This document shows positions 17,927 to 28,339 of a stretch of DNA of 64,000 nucleotides, piece by piece. Both the position numbers and the translations under genes were made by a program. The notes below the pieces were generated by a model. That model searched no databases. It was not told the origin of the DNA and saw only the letters and a list, made by a program, of their open reading frames with translations. This DNA comes from Candidatus Kaiserbacteria bacterium RIFCSPLOWO2_01_FULL_45_25. Lineage in GTDB: Bacteria > Patescibacteriota > Minisyncoccia > Phycocordibacterales > UBA918. The DNA lies in contig MFLT01000012.1 in NCBI GenBank assembly GCA_001781415.1, forward strand, positions 6,485 through 70,484, in the 5' to 3' direction. Numbering within the stretch: position 1 is the first letter of the stretch; every line of letters starts with the position of its first letter.

Positions 17927-18358
17927 ATGGAAGGCTTACGGTTACTATTGATAAAAAATCAGAGTTACCTCGGCAAACTCCGAGTACGTGCCCTTTACTG
18001 TACCAGCGCTATTACCTCTGTAGAAAGCGATACACACAAACAGTACGGGCCTTTCGCAGGCTATTGGGACGAGTGGTATGTTGAAGCTGATGAAATGAAA
18101 CAAGAGCTCATGGATAACATCACGGCTACGGCCACGTTCTTATTTGAGCTGCGAGACTTTATTGCGACACTTGAGCAACGACAAAAACTAACTAAGAGTG
18201 ATAAGTCATACGTACTTGAAGTTACCAGCTTAGCTGAAGGTAAGCTAACGGAACAACAAGACCTACTACATTCAATTAATGAAAGAATTGAACTCCATCA
18301 ACAATTAACTGAGAAACTTCTCATGGTTGAGGCGATTGATAGTCTGAGTGACGAATAA
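17927..18358 (+). CDS. Hypothetical coiled-coil protein
   Basis: 143-aa ORF rich in Leu/Glu/Gln heptads. Confidence 0.55.
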   Translation: MEGLRLLLIKNQSYLGKLRVRALYCTSAITSVESDTHKQYGPFAGYWDEWYVEADEMKQELMDNITATATFLFELRDFIATLEQRQKLTKSDKSYVLEVTSLAEGKLTEQQDLLHSINERIELHQQLTEKLLMVEAIDSLSDE

Positions 18359-18426
18359 CTAGCCATCATGTAGACAATATTTTGCCCTGGATATAGGGCT
18401 TTTATCGTGTACAATAAACAACGACT

Positions 18427-19443
18427 ATGATGGAACTACTTCAGAAACCCCTCCGCACCACTCTTATTATTATCGGCGTGTTGGCAGCTATCTGTCTCTT
18501 AGTAGCTTTGTCTTTCTTTGTCTGGACCAAACATTTGATATTAAAAGAAACAGTAGTTCAAAATGATGTATTGCTGACAGAGCAAGAACCCTTTCCGGTA
18601 AGTGTTCAGGTCATTCAACATAAGATTGTTGAAGACCCAACCGTAGATTGGTATGTCGAGACTTACCTCTCATTTAATTCAGATAATTCAAGGCAAACCC
18701 AATGGTTAGACATGCTCCTGGCTCAGGTCGTTAAATGGGATTGGTATCAGCAGTTAGCTTCTTCTGTCAGCCGCATTTTGGTTATTTATTCTGGCGAACG
18801 AGGTGAGCAAGTGGTGGCGAACTTCGGTGATATTCTAAAGTGGAGTGACGAAGAACGCGCATTATTTGCTGACTACGTTGCAGAGACTGAGCCTTACCTT
18901 GACGACGGAACGTTTTATCCAGGTCGCTATGTGGTACCAAGTGATGCTTCTCCAGAACTGGTGGCTGATTTGCTACATGAGCGATTTTCAAATGAAATTT
19001 TGTCTCGCTACACATCAGAAGTTGAAGCCCAAGTGCCACTTAAAGACGCACTGATTATTGCTTCACTTCTCGAGCGCGAAGCTTATGACTTTACTGATAT
19101 GCGCTATATCTCTGGAGTGATTTGGAACCGTTTATTTATTGATATGCCACTGCAACTTGATGCCACGTTGCAGTACTCACTTGGTGCGGCCGCTAATGAT
19201 TGGTGGCCAAAGATTGTGCCTAAGGATAAATTCACACCGTCTCCGTATAATACGTACGAGAACACTGGCTTACCTCCAGCTCCGATTGCCAATCCTTCTG
19301 TGGAATCAATTATGGCTGCTCTCAATCCTCGAGTGACGGAGTGTATGTTCTACTTCCATGATGATAATGGTAGATTTTACTGTACAGACACCTACGAAGA
19401 GCATGTAGCTAAGTTAAAAGAAATCTACGGACAAGGACGATAA
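18427..19443 (+). CDS. mltG: Endolytic transglycosylase MltG (second copy)
   Basis: IIASLLEREA, ISGVIWNRL, PLQLDAT, SPYNTY...GLPPAPIANP. Confidence 0.9.
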   Translation: MMELLQKPLRTTLIIIGVLAAICLLVALSFFVWTKHLILKETVVQNDVLLTEQEPFPVSVQVIQHKIVEDPTVDWYVETYLSFNSDNSRQTQWLDMLLAQVVKWDWYQQLASSVSRILVIYSGERGEQVVANFGDILKWSDEERALFADYVAETEPYLDDGTFYPGRYVVPSDASPELVADLLHERFSNEILSRYTSEVEAQVPLKDALIIASLLEREAYDFTDMRYISGVIWNRLFIDMPLQLDATLQYSLGAAANDWWPKIVPKDKFTPSPYNTYENTGLPPAPIANPSVESIMAALNPRVTECMFYFHDDNGRFYCTDTYEEHVAKLKEIYGQGR

Positions 19444-19446
19444 TGT

Positions 19447-19488
19447 ATAAAAAAGAAGACCCCGCGCGCATGCGCATTGGGGTCTTTT
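19447..19488. terminator. Bidirectional terminator
   Basis: AAGACCCC...GGGGTCTTTT. Confidence 0.7.
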
Positions 19489-19506
19489 ATCTAGCCTGCG
19501 CTACCT

Positions 19507-20016
19507 TTAACGGCAGCGAAGACTTTCATAGGGCTTGGACGTATGTACCTTACGGTAGCTTCGCAAGGTGCCGTACTCGACGTTGGGAACGAGTTTGGCC
19601 TCTTCGTCGACCACCAAGTGACACCGGCCACCACCATCGCGCCAGGTGCAGTCCGTGACCTTGTCCAGACGCGTTTCAGGGACAGTACCCAAAGCATGGT
19701 TTTTTCCGAGGTAGGTGGTGAACCTGGAGCGACTGCGGCAAGTTTGTTGATGGCCGCGTTCACTCCATTGAATCCACCGGCAATCTTCCACGTCGACCTT
19801 GACGGCCATGGTGCTGCGCGAACTGCTCTCGTAGGAGCTGTCCACGACTTTGCACCCGAGACCCCGCCGCAGGTACGCCGCCGGCGGAGGCGCCGGTATT
19901 TCAGCGGGGCGGCTAAATTGCATGGTGTGAACCGGGACTGGCCGCAGGACAACTGTGGAACCACAGCCAGTCAGCGCCAGCAGAATCGAGAAAATGAGAG
20001 CGATATGTGCGTTCAC
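19507..20016 (-). CDS. GC-rich, Cys-rich putative lipoprotein
   Basis: Hydrophobic signal plus LTGC lipobox; AAGGAG SD; promoter TTGACT-17-TATTGT at 20071-20099. Confidence 0.6.
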   Translation of the reverse strand: MNAHIALIFSILLALTGCGSTVVLRPVPVHTMQFSRPAEIPAPPPAAYLRRGLGCKVVDSSYESSSRSTMAVKVDVEDCRWIQWSERGHQQTCRSRSRFTTYLGKNHALGTVPETRLDKVTDCTWRDGGGRCHLVVDEEAKLVPNVEYGTLRSYRKVHTSKPYESLRCR

Positions 20017-20212
20017 GAGAACTCCTTTGGTTGAATTGTGCGCCTCAAATCAAGGTGCTTACTACTCTATACAATAGCACAAAAACAGCTTAAAGTCAAT
20101 CCAAATTCGGGTACAAATGGTGAATTTACCTTTATTTACATAGGTTTTTTCCTTAATGCATAAACCCCGTGAGTTTCACTCACGGGGTTTATGGTTTTTC
20201 TAAAAAAAGTTA

Positions 20213-20797
20213 TTAGCAGGCGTTTTTGCCAAGTCTCTCAACTTCCTTCATCCACTTAGTGCGAACTTCATCTGTCACACGCTCACATGGACCGTATGAA
20301 CTGACGTTGGTGCGGATACCAGCGAATTCAAGGATGCCGTATTGAATTTCGTTGGTGTAGTCACCAAACTGCCACCAGGTCTTAAATGGACTATGTGAAC
20401 CAGATAGAATAATCACGCGTCCAGTCTTCCCTGCTAGATGCTTCTCTATCTTCTTGGTTTGCTTATTGAAGTTGAAAGCAAAACCTGGCAACCAGAAGCG
20501 GTCAAAGAGTCCCTTAAGGATGGCAGGCATAGTGCACCACCAGTTAGGATAGATAATCACGATGTGATCTGCGGCACGGAACTTATCTTGGAGAGCCAGG
20601 AGGTCTGGTTCAAGGTGCTGGATTTCTTTGTAGCCTTTATGGAGAATTGGATCGAAGTTTAGTTCACCGATATTAACTCGTTCAACGTGGTGTCCAGCGT
20701 CTTCAGCACCAACTTGGTAATGATCTGCAACTGTACCAGTAAAAGAATCTTTGTCGGGATGTCCGCAGAGCACGACAATGTTTTTAGGATTTTGCAT
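20213..20797 (-). CDS. NAD(P)H-dependent (quinone) oxidoreductase, flavodoxin-2 family
   Basis: GHP...S, ADHIVIIYPNWW..MPAILKGLFDR. Confidence 0.88.
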   Translation of the reverse strand: MQNPKNIVVLCGHPDKDSFTGTVADHYQVGAEDAGHHVERVNIGELNFDPILHKGYKEIQHLEPDLLALQDKFRAADHIVIIYPNWWCTMPAILKGLFDRFWLPGFAFNFNKQTKKIEKHLAGKTGRVIILSGSHSPFKTWWQFGDYTNEIQYGILEFAGIRTNVSSYGPCERVTDEVRTKWMKEVERLGKNAC

Positions 20798-20870
20798 ATA
20801 GCTCTAGTATAACGGAACACAGCCCAAGCGAAGCTTGGGCTGTGTTGATTACTTTCAGCTTAATACAGAG

Positions 20871-21185
20871 TTATCGTCGAATGCTGCCGTTAGGATTGAA
20901 CTTCCCTTGTGCTCCCATTTGCATCTTTACCATTTGCTCTTTCATCTCCGGGCTCATGACTGACATGATTTCCTTTTGGTACTTCGGTAATACTTTCATC
21001 GCTGCTGACATTTGGTTGTTACCATTCTTCTTTAGTTCTTCCTGCATTTCCTTAGCAATTTTCTCAAACAAAGCTGGATCTTTCTCAACCATTTCAAGAA
21101 TCATTTGTTGCTGCTCTGGTGGAGCATCCTTCATCTGTGACTGTAGCACTTTCTTGAGTGCAAACTGTTTTAATTTTCCAAACAT
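20871..21185 (-). CDS. Hypothetical Met/Gln-rich helical protein
   Basis: ORF with a TACAAT -10 just upstream and a terminator at 20818-20844. Confidence 0.6.
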   Translation of the reverse strand: MFGKLKQFALKKVLQSQMKDAPPEQQQMILEMVEKDPALFEKIAKEMQEELKKNGNNQMSAAMKVLPKYQKEIMSVMSPEMKEQMVKMQMGAQGKFNPNGSIRR

Positions 21186-21276
21186 AACTGGTCGATTGTA
21201 CCACAGGAAGTTAAGTTTGGTCTATAAAAAAGTCATTAAAATATGACGTAGCTTGGCGGTTCGTCTGCGGTGGGTT

Positions 21277-21807
21277 CTAAATAATAACCGGCTGTTGTTC
21301 TTCACGCTTCTCTTTGAGGTAGGCCATGACACTGTTTATGAATGAAATAGCAAAAAACATGAATGTAGCGTATGCAAACAAGAAAACTAGAATATGGACA
21401 TTTGAATATCCTTGAGCAAAGAGGGCTAGCAAAAAGCCTAGTGAATACCAAGATGAGGCTTGAATGGCTGGACCAAAAGTACTAGGCATTATGTGGACTG
21501 TCATCAAAAAAGCGTTAATAAAGAGTACGGCCGTTAGAATTGTTTGAGCAGTGACATAACCGGTAAAGTAATCTTGGCCTAAAGTAGCGTAACCAATGAA
21601 GGCCAAAATTAGAGAGGAAACAAGAATCAATCCCATAGCTACCCGAAGCACGATGTAAGTAACACCCATGAAGTTACGCTCAGTTTCATCAATCTTGCCA
21701 TCTGAAATGGCGTAGAAGAAATTAAGGATAGCGAGGGTAGAGGTACCCACTCCTAGTGAGATACCCATTGATTGAATAATTGAGAGACCAAGAACTAATA
21801 TTTCCAT
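21277..21807 (-). CDS. Integral membrane protein (about 5 TM)
   Basis: Hydrophobic segments. Confidence 0.65.
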   Translation of the reverse strand: MEILVLGLSIIQSMGISLGVGTSTLAILNFFYAISDGKIDETERNFMGVTYIVLRVAMGLILVSSLILAFIGYATLGQDYFTGYVTAQTILTAVLFINAFLMTVHIMPSTFGPAIQASSWYSLGFLLALFAQGYSNVHILVFLFAYATFMFFAISFINSVMAYLKEKREEQQPVII

Positions 21808-21934
21808 ATAATAAAATCATAGCAAATGACTGAGAATATCCTACCCCTTAGTGTGTATTCATCTCAATACTGATGGTAGATTATGTCCAAAATATGATTC
21901 ACATTTTGATTGATTAGAGGTAAGCTTTTAACAC

Positions 21935-23290
21935 ATGAACAAACATAACTTTGAGCACTTGGAAAGTATTTATCGGAACTATGACATACGAGGTCTCTAT
22001 CCAAATGAAATTACTGAAGATGAGGTTGAAAAAATCGGATACGCCATAGTTAAAAATTTTGGTACAAAAAAAGTCGCTGTTGGCTATGACATTCGTCCTT
22101 CTTCTCTGCCACTAAAAAATGCATTGATAAAAGGTTTAACTGAAGCTGGCTGTAATGTGGTTGATCTCGGACTTGTAACCACCCCAATGACGTACTACGT
22201 CTGTGGAAGTACAGACGTTGACGCAACAGTGATGGTCACTGCCTCACATATGCCCTCTGAATATAACGGCTTAAAAATTGCCGTTGATGACAGTAAGCCG
22301 GTTACGAAGGATATGCTTCAAGATTTGAAGAGAATTGTTGGTGAGCATACCTACTCAAGCTCTGAGGTTATTGGTGTTATTGAAACTAATTCTCCTCTTT
22401 CAAAGTGGCAATCAAAATTTAAAGCAGCCCACTCTTTTGGTGGCAGACCATTACGTATCGTTATTGATCCTGCCAACATGATAGGAGGATTAGAAATTGA
22501 AACATTTCGTGCTTTTGAACCAGACTTGGAGGTTTTCGTTATTTATGATGAGTTTGATCATACTACTCCAAATCATGAAGCTAATCCCATTAAGCCCGAG
22601 ACTCTTAAAGACTTAGGGCTTGAGGTGTTAAAAAATCAAGCTGATATTGGAATCGCTTTTGATGGCGACGCCGATCGGGTTGGGTTTGTTGATGAAAAAG
22701 GATCTTTTGTTCCAGCAGACATAATTGGGGCGCTAATTGCTGGTGTTCTATTAGAGAAACATCCCAACTCAACCATTGTTTATGATACTCGTTCTTCCAA
22801 AGCAGTGGGAGAAGAAATTCAGCGTCATGGCGGTATCCCCATAGAGTGGAAAGTTGGACATACAAACATTCGCACCAAAATGCGTGAGGTAGATGCAATT
22901 TTTGGAATTGAATTAGCCGGACATTACTTTTTTAAAGAAACTTACTTCTCAGAAGGTGGGCCTTTGCCAGCCTTTCTTATTCTTGAGCTTTTACACAAAA
23001 CCGGTAAAAGTCTGTCCACTCTAGTGAAAGAAGTACAAAAATACTATCACTCAACAGAAATTAATAGTGAGGTAACTAAAACTCCTGAAGAAATTTATAC
23101 GTTACTTCAAGCAGAGTTCCCTGGCGGTGAAGTTAGTATGCTGGATGGGATAAAAGTAACCTTTTCTGACTGGTGGTTCAATACCCGTCCGTCAGCTAAT
23201 GATCCCGTACTCAGGTTAAATCTTGAGGCTAACACAAAAGATTTGATGGAAGAAAAACTCGCTCAAGTTTTAAAAATTATTCGAAGCTAG
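21935..23290 (+). CDS. Phosphomannomutase/phosphoglucomutase
   Basis: YDIRG, TASH phosphoserine loop, FDGDADR, RPSANDP.LRLNLEA. Confidence 0.93.
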   Translation: MNKHNFEHLESIYRNYDIRGLYPNEITEDEVEKIGYAIVKNFGTKKVAVGYDIRPSSLPLKNALIKGLTEAGCNVVDLGLVTTPMTYYVCGSTDVDATVMVTASHMPSEYNGLKIAVDDSKPVTKDMLQDLKRIVGEHTYSSSEVIGVIETNSPLSKWQSKFKAAHSFGGRPLRIVIDPANMIGGLEIETFRAFEPDLEVFVIYDEFDHTTPNHEANPIKPETLKDLGLEVLKNQADIGIAFDGDADRVGFVDEKGSFVPADIIGALIAGVLLEKHPNSTIVYDTRSSKAVGEEIQRHGGIPIEWKVGHTNIRTKMREVDAIFGIELAGHYFFKETYFSEGGPLPAFLILELLHKTGKSLSTLVKEVQKYYHSTEINSEVTKTPEEIYTLLQAEFPGGEVSMLDGIKVTFSDWWFNTRPSANDPVLRLNLEANTKDLMEEKLAQVLKIIRS

Positions 23291-23323
23291 ATTGATATCA
23301 AGCATCGTCTGAGTAGATGCTAG

Positions 23324-23779
23324 TTAGTATGTAACTGATGTATTGGAGTTTGCTTGCATGAGGCAGGTATTAAGAGCTGGTGTCTCTGTCCAGCCACATT
23401 CGCCGGATTGTTGGCGTTCACAAGTTGCTTCTCGGTAGCAGGCATATGACTCACGCCATTCACAAGTGGATACTACATCTCTATTTTCAGAACAGATTTG
23501 ACTACTGCAGCCACCAACATAACAACCTTTTTGTGCCACTGGGGCTGGGGTTTCTTCAGCTGGTGGTGTAGACGAAGCTGGCTCCGGTAAAGCTGGGGTT
23601 TCTACTGGTGTATCAATTGGTTCAATCGGTTTTTCTTCAGATAACGTTGGTGGAGTTGAGGTTGAATCGTTTGTTGTTGAAGTAACACTTAGGGTGGGCG
23701 TTGTTGTGCGAAGTAAAACACTGGCAACAACAATAAGTAGTAGCAGGGTGAGGAGGGCTAATGTGCGCTTCCTATGCAT
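23324..23779 (-). CDS. Membrane-anchored protein with a Pro/Thr linker and a Cys-cluster domain
   Basis: GCYVGGCSSQIC...CEW...ACY...CE.....CGW, eight-cysteine-cluster-like. Confidence 0.7.
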   Translation of the reverse strand: MHRKRTLALLTLLLLIVVASVLLRTTTPTLSVTSTTNDSTSTPPTLSEEKPIEPIDTPVETPALPEPASSTPPAEETPAPVAQKGCYVGGCSSQICSENRDVVSTCEWRESYACYREATCERQQSGECGWTETPALNTCLMQANSNTSVTY

Positions 23780-23873
23780 ATACTTATAAACTATATAGCA
23801 AAATCGAATTCTGACAATACAGTGATGGGATTATATACAAATTTAAACCCCGCCAAACTTGGCGGGGTCAATT

Positions 23874-24719
23874 TTAATATCCACAAAATACTATTTCCTC
23901 GGGACTCATACCAAGCTGGTTGGCAAACCACGCTCTAGCCACTTCCCTGTTCCCAACTGCGTCAATCAGTCCTGCTTCCAAGGCAAGTTTGCCTGGCATG
24001 GAAGAACCGTCCGCTAGCTTGGCTATCGTCTCAATTGGTAAGTTGCGGTTTTCTGCCACCTCTGCCACCAATGCTTCGTGCCAGACTGATAGGTCGCGCT
24101 CAAACAATCCACGCTCTTCTTCAGTTAGTGGTTTGTCTGGGTCGCCATAGTTTTTATATTTAGCAGAAGCTAATGAAATGTATTCAATACCTTGGGCGGC
24201 ATTTTGCGCAGAATAGTCTAAGTATGACATTGTAATGCCAATTGATCCTACATCTGAAAACGGAGAGGCGATTATTGTGTCCGCGGCTGAGGCAATTAAG
24301 TAGGCTGCTGACGCTCCTGAATCTACGATATAAGCGGCGTTTGGCATTACGCTTTTCTTTAACTCTGTAGCAATTTGTTCAGCTGCCGCTCCAGAGCCTC
24401 CAGTTGAATTAATGAGAGCAAGTACTCCATAGATACCTGGTTCTGCTTCAGCTTGTTCCAGAAATGACAGGGCGTCTTTCATATTGGTCGAAGTCATTTC
24501 ATTACCATAATCATCAGTAACGCTTCCATAGCCATGAATCTCGCCTTCAATCGGCAAAACCGCAATATTGCAGTAGCCATCCCCAATGTAGGTACTGGCG
24601 TTGAATCCACTCCACTCATCATGCCAGTCACCCCAGATAGTTAATCCAGTATAAAATAGAGCTGGAATAAGGATAGCTACGAGAATGATGGGAGCAAGAA
24701 TCTTGAGGGCAGTGTTCAT
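23874..24719 (-). CDS. sppA: S49 family signal peptide peptidase (SppA-like)
   Basis: INSTGGS, ASAAYLIASAAD.I.A.P.S.VGSIG, SAKYK, GLIDAVG. Confidence 0.85.
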   Translation of the reverse strand: MNTALKILAPIILVAILIPALFYTGLTIWGDWHDEWSGFNASTYIGDGYCNIAVLPIEGEIHGYGSVTDDYGNEMTSTNMKDALSFLEQAEAEPGIYGVLALINSTGGSGAAAEQIATELKKSVMPNAAYIVDSGASAAYLIASAADTIIASPFSDVGSIGITMSYLDYSAQNAAQGIEYISLASAKYKNYGDPDKPLTEEERGLFERDLSVWHEALVAEVAENRNLPIETIAKLADGSSMPGKLALEAGLIDAVGNREVARAWFANQLGMSPEEIVFCGY

Positions 24720-24834
24720 ATTTGGATGATTAGTGGTGATAAATCAATATAATATTAAGAATACTGATTGAAAGTAGAAATGGCAAAGGATAACTAATTG
24801 TACTTTTAGAGGTGAGGTGTACACTTAAAGCATT

Positions 24835-25218
24835 ATGGAACAAGCACCAAATATGAGTGTTGAGAAAGCTAAAGTTACAGCTCTTACTCCTGAACAGATT
24901 GATAGAAATGAAAAATTGTTAGCAGCAAAAAATAAGATGCAGCTGGCCCTAGCGTTAGATATTCTACACACTAAAGACGAAACCAGAGATATTTTTTCTA
25001 ACATTCATGATGAAAGTGATTTAATGGAACCTAATCCTGAAACTGAGGAGTACGTCCTCCTTGTTTTGGCTCAAATCATGGATGATGTTAGAGAGATGGT
25101 CATTAAACACCCTGAGGTTGTTGAACATATTGCCAACGATACTGACCGACCTTTGGATGAAATTAATCTAACTGAAGCCAAAGGGTACTTGTCGCAACAT
25201 TTTGAAACGATGCATTAG
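24835..25218 (+). CDS. Hypothetical acidic protein
   Basis: 127-aa ORF with a TACACT -10 upstream. Confidence 0.55.
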   Translation: MEQAPNMSVEKAKVTALTPEQIDRNEKLLAAKNKMQLALALDILHTKDETRDIFSNIHDESDLMEPNPETEEYVLLVLAQIMDDVREMVIKHPEVVEHIANDTDRPLDEINLTEAKGYLSQHFETMH

Positions 25219-25276
25219 AGAATTAGAAACCGCCGACGCAGTCTAGCTACGCCGGCGGTGTTCTTTTAATTTTTCT

Positions 25277-27844
25277 TTATAACTTTAATTTGCTCATAGC
25301 TATTACCTGCTCTTCAAAGGGAGTAAGTGGAAAAGCTACTTCACGCTGACAAACTAACTCATTAATTGTTTTACGAGTGGTTAAGTACACATAACCAGTC
25401 GGTGCAGCAATGCCCCACGGACTTAGTATTTCTTCGCGATACTGTTCTTGGAAATTAATAACCGCCTCTTCGGTCAGCTCATCAAATACGCCGGTAGCTG
25501 GTAATTCAATGGTCAGCTGCTCCGCTAAGAAGGTTTGCAGTTTTTCTACTTCGACAGAATCGTTGTTTTGACCAAGTCGGATAAATGACTTTAGGTATGG
25601 GTCACAGGTGGTAAATGCACCCAAGACCAGTGGTTGTGCAAGGTTGGAAATATTTAAGTCTACACTAGCACTAAGTGACATGTACACATTGTTTGTGCTT
25701 GGCGTCTTCTTCCGATGGTTTCCAATTACTTGAACAGAGTTGGTGTATACGCCTGGCTCAGTTGAACTTGAATATTCTATGGTGTAAGTAACGGTTATCA
25801 GTTCGTCCGCGGCCACCGTACCCAGCTCCCAGAACTCTTCATGAATCAATTCCCCAGCTTCATTTCTTAGTATGTCTGAAAGCACGGCATTGTAGAGCGG
25901 GCCACCAGAATTTTCTACTGTCACCGTGTAGTCCATCGTGGCTGGTACGGTGGTGTTTGGAAAAGCCACCTGCTTACTAACACTGACTTCAGCTGGTTTG
26001 GTGGTATTTGAGCCACCACCAGACCTTCTAATTACCCCAGCTTCTATCACAATTGTGTCATTGTTATTGTCTACCACGTCTTCATTTTCTGTTGCCTCAG
26101 CCGAGACAGTGAGGGGAATGGTGGTTATATTACTAGCCGGTAAGTCAGTTCTAACAATGGCGGTGTAGCTTACTTCACGAGTCGCCCCAGCTGGGATTGA
26201 TCCAATTTCCCATGATGATTGTTTTTTACCATCTGCCAATAATTCACCCGGATTGTCTAAAAAGTTTAAGTGTGGGGCGGCAAAGACATTATTCAAAACT
26301 ACATCACTAGCAGTAGTGTCACCTAGATTTGATACGGTGTAAGTATATTTTACTTCTGAACCGGGCATAATCGGATTATCAGCTGAAGTAGCCTCTACTC
26401 CTACCCACAAGTCTGGACGACCAAAGGCAATATTTCCACCCCAGTCACCAAAGATATCAAAGATAAGTAAGGCCCAGTTCTGACTAAGGATATTTAAGTT
26501 GGCTAGGTTGGTAATATTGGCGGCCGCATAGGCGTTGCCGGTATTAATATTTCCAGAAGCAGTACCTTCAATTTTGTTATCTCCAGTTAGAGCAAAGACA
26601 GAGACGTTGTTTTGAATGGTGGCTTGGTTGGTGTTATTGGTTGTGTAGTTTGCATCCGCTCCCGCTTCCCCTTCGGCCGGAGCATTGTAGACAGTGATAC
26701 CTTGCGGAGTTTCACTCCACAGCATATTGTTTGGTAGTCCAAAGATTTCTCCTGACCAACTACCATGTACACGAATTAGGATAAGGAAAGAATCTCCACC
26801 AATTAGATTTTGATTTACTTGGTTGGTTATATTGCCCGAGGCACTAGCGTCACCAGTAGTGACGTCACCACCCTCATTGGAATTTAGCCCAGTTTCAGCG
26901 CCAACTTCAACATTATTATCAATATCAGCGGTATTGTTGTTATTGGCAGACGTACCGCCACTCACTCCACTACCAGCGAAAAGCTTATTTAGTAAGTCGG
27001 CATTAGGAAGAATAATATCGCCATCTAGACTACCTAAGTTGTTAATTGATACCAATAGATAATTGGAGTCTACAATATTGGTGTTGGCCAAGTTAAAAAT
27101 ATTGGCGGCGGCGTAGGCGTCTCCAGTTGTGATACTACCCTCTCCTGTGCCCTCAATATTATTTTCACCAGTACTGGCGCGAACAATCACGGTGTTATTG
27201 ATGGTGGCGGTATTATCGGTATTAGATTCATTTACAAAACCACCATCTCCACACACCCCAGGAACACAAGGGGTGGTACTTTGTGAAGTTTCAGTTTCAA
27301 AAACTGAAAATAGGTTTCGGACATCGAGTGAGCTGAGGCCAAGAGCGGTAAAAAACTGAATTAGACCATCAGAATTTAGGATATTGGTATTAACTAAATT
27401 CACTACGTTGGCTACTGCATAACCATCGCCAGTGATGATGGTGGCGTCTGTAGCATCGGTAATAGTGTTGTCTCCGGTTTCGGCGGTAGAAGTAGCGAAG
27501 TTATCTATCGTGGCTGTGTTGGTGGCGGACGCTGTCAAAGTATCCTCAAGCCCTAAAAATTCTTCAATCGCTTCTTCTTGCGGAGTGGTGGTTGATTCTT
27601 CGGTTGAATTTTCAATTATATTTGTATTTGCTTCGTTATTAAGTTCCAAAATTGAGACGGCATCACCAGTCTCTACCACTGTTTCTTCTGGGGTTGAATT
27701 AATTACTTCTTCTGAAGTTTCCTCTGGCAATTCTTCTGCTAATAGATACTTAGTTTGCAAAAAAAGTGACTCTAGTGTTATGGCTATGACAAGAAACTTC
27801 GCTAGTATTGAAAACAAAGTCTTGCTCTGGTGTTTTGTATACAT
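25277..27844 (-). CDS. Secreted protein: four Asn/Thr/Gly beta-repeats, two DUF11-like Ig domains, C-terminal peptidoglycan-binding domain
   Basis: Signal/TM; 4x N.A.I.N...A.TG.N...TG(D/N)(A/G)...N..N.N; YTYTVSNLG and YTVTVENSG; VEKLQTFL...TGVFDELTEEAVINFQ...TGYV. Confidence 0.75.
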   Translation of the reverse strand: MYTKHQSKTLFSILAKFLVIAITLESLFLQTKYLLAEELPEETSEEVINSTPEETVVETGDAVSILELNNEANTNIIENSTEESTTTPQEEAIEEFLGLEDTLTASATNTATIDNFATSTAETGDNTITDATDATIITGDGYAVANVVNLVNTNILNSDGLIQFFTALGLSSLDVRNLFSVFETETSQSTTPCVPGVCGDGGFVNESNTDNTATINNTVIVRASTGENNIEGTGEGSITTGDAYAAANIFNLANTNIVDSNYLLVSINNLGSLDGDIILPNADLLNKLFAGSGVSGGTSANNNNTADIDNNVEVGAETGLNSNEGGDVTTGDASASGNITNQVNQNLIGGDSFLILIRVHGSWSGEIFGLPNNMLWSETPQGITVYNAPAEGEAGADANYTTNNTNQATIQNNVSVFALTGDNKIEGTASGNINTGNAYAAANITNLANLNILSQNWALLIFDIFGDWGGNIAFGRPDLWVGVEATSADNPIMPGSEVKYTYTVSNLGDTTASDVVLNNVFAAPHLNFLDNPGELLADGKKQSSWEIGSIPAGATREVSYTAIVRTDLPASNITTIPLTVSAEATENEDVVDNNNDTIVIEAGVIRRSGGGSNTTKPAEVSVSKQVAFPNTTVPATMDYTVTVENSGGPLYNAVLSDILRNEAGELIHEEFWELGTVAADELITVTYTIEYSSSTEPGVYTNSVQVIGNHRKKTPSTNNVYMSLSASVDLNISNLAQPLVLGAFTTCDPYLKSFIRLGQNNDSVEVEKLQTFLAEQLTIELPATGVFDELTEEAVINFQEQYREEILSPWGIAAPTGYVYLTTRKTINELVCQREVAFPLTPFEEQVIAMSKLKL

Positions 27845-27855
27845 ATAAATTGGCT

Positions 27856-28242
27856 TTATGTAGATCCAGAAATCTTGGTAAGTAGTCGGAGCAAGTCTTC
27901 TAATAGTGACATTAATTCTACAAGTCTAGCTATTTCAGCTTCCTTGTTACTGTTTGAAGTACTGGCGACTATAATTCTCACAAAATCATCTTCGTTGATT
28001 TCTGAGCTATAGAAAAGTTTTCCGGTTGCACTTGTTTCTTGATAATCTTCTACCACCTGGCCATCTACCACTGTTTTTACAGAGATGGATGACGAATTAT
28101 TGGTGCCATTATCAGATGACGACTCTACACTGACATTATTAGTCACCGTAGCCGCTACCGCGGTTGATGCAATGATGCTGGCACAGAAAAATAAAACTCC
28201 TGTTGACCACACGATTATTTTTATGCAGTGTTTGTGTGACAT
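27856..28242 (-). CDS. Small secreted protein
   Basis: Signal peptide (AVAA), TVTNNVSVESSS, C-terminal amphipathic helix. Confidence 0.65.
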   Translation of the reverse strand: MSHKHCIKIIVWSTGVLFFCASIIASTAVAATVTNNVSVESSSDNGTNNSSSISVKTVVDGQVVEDYQETSATGKLFYSSEINEDDFVRIIVASTSNSNKEAEIARLVELMSLLEDLLRLLTKISGST

Positions 28243-28339
28243 ATACCCTTCTAAAGGCAGTCATCTTTAAAATATTTTTTGATGGCGACCTTTATGAAGG
28301 GGGGAAATACTTCCCCACTTCACTTTGCTCGAACTTAGA

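Noticed and set aside
19491-20034. Overlapping ORFs 19491..19964 (-) and 19543..20034 (+)
   Set aside because: Shadows of a GC-rich gene; only 19507..20016 has an SD, promoter and signal peptide
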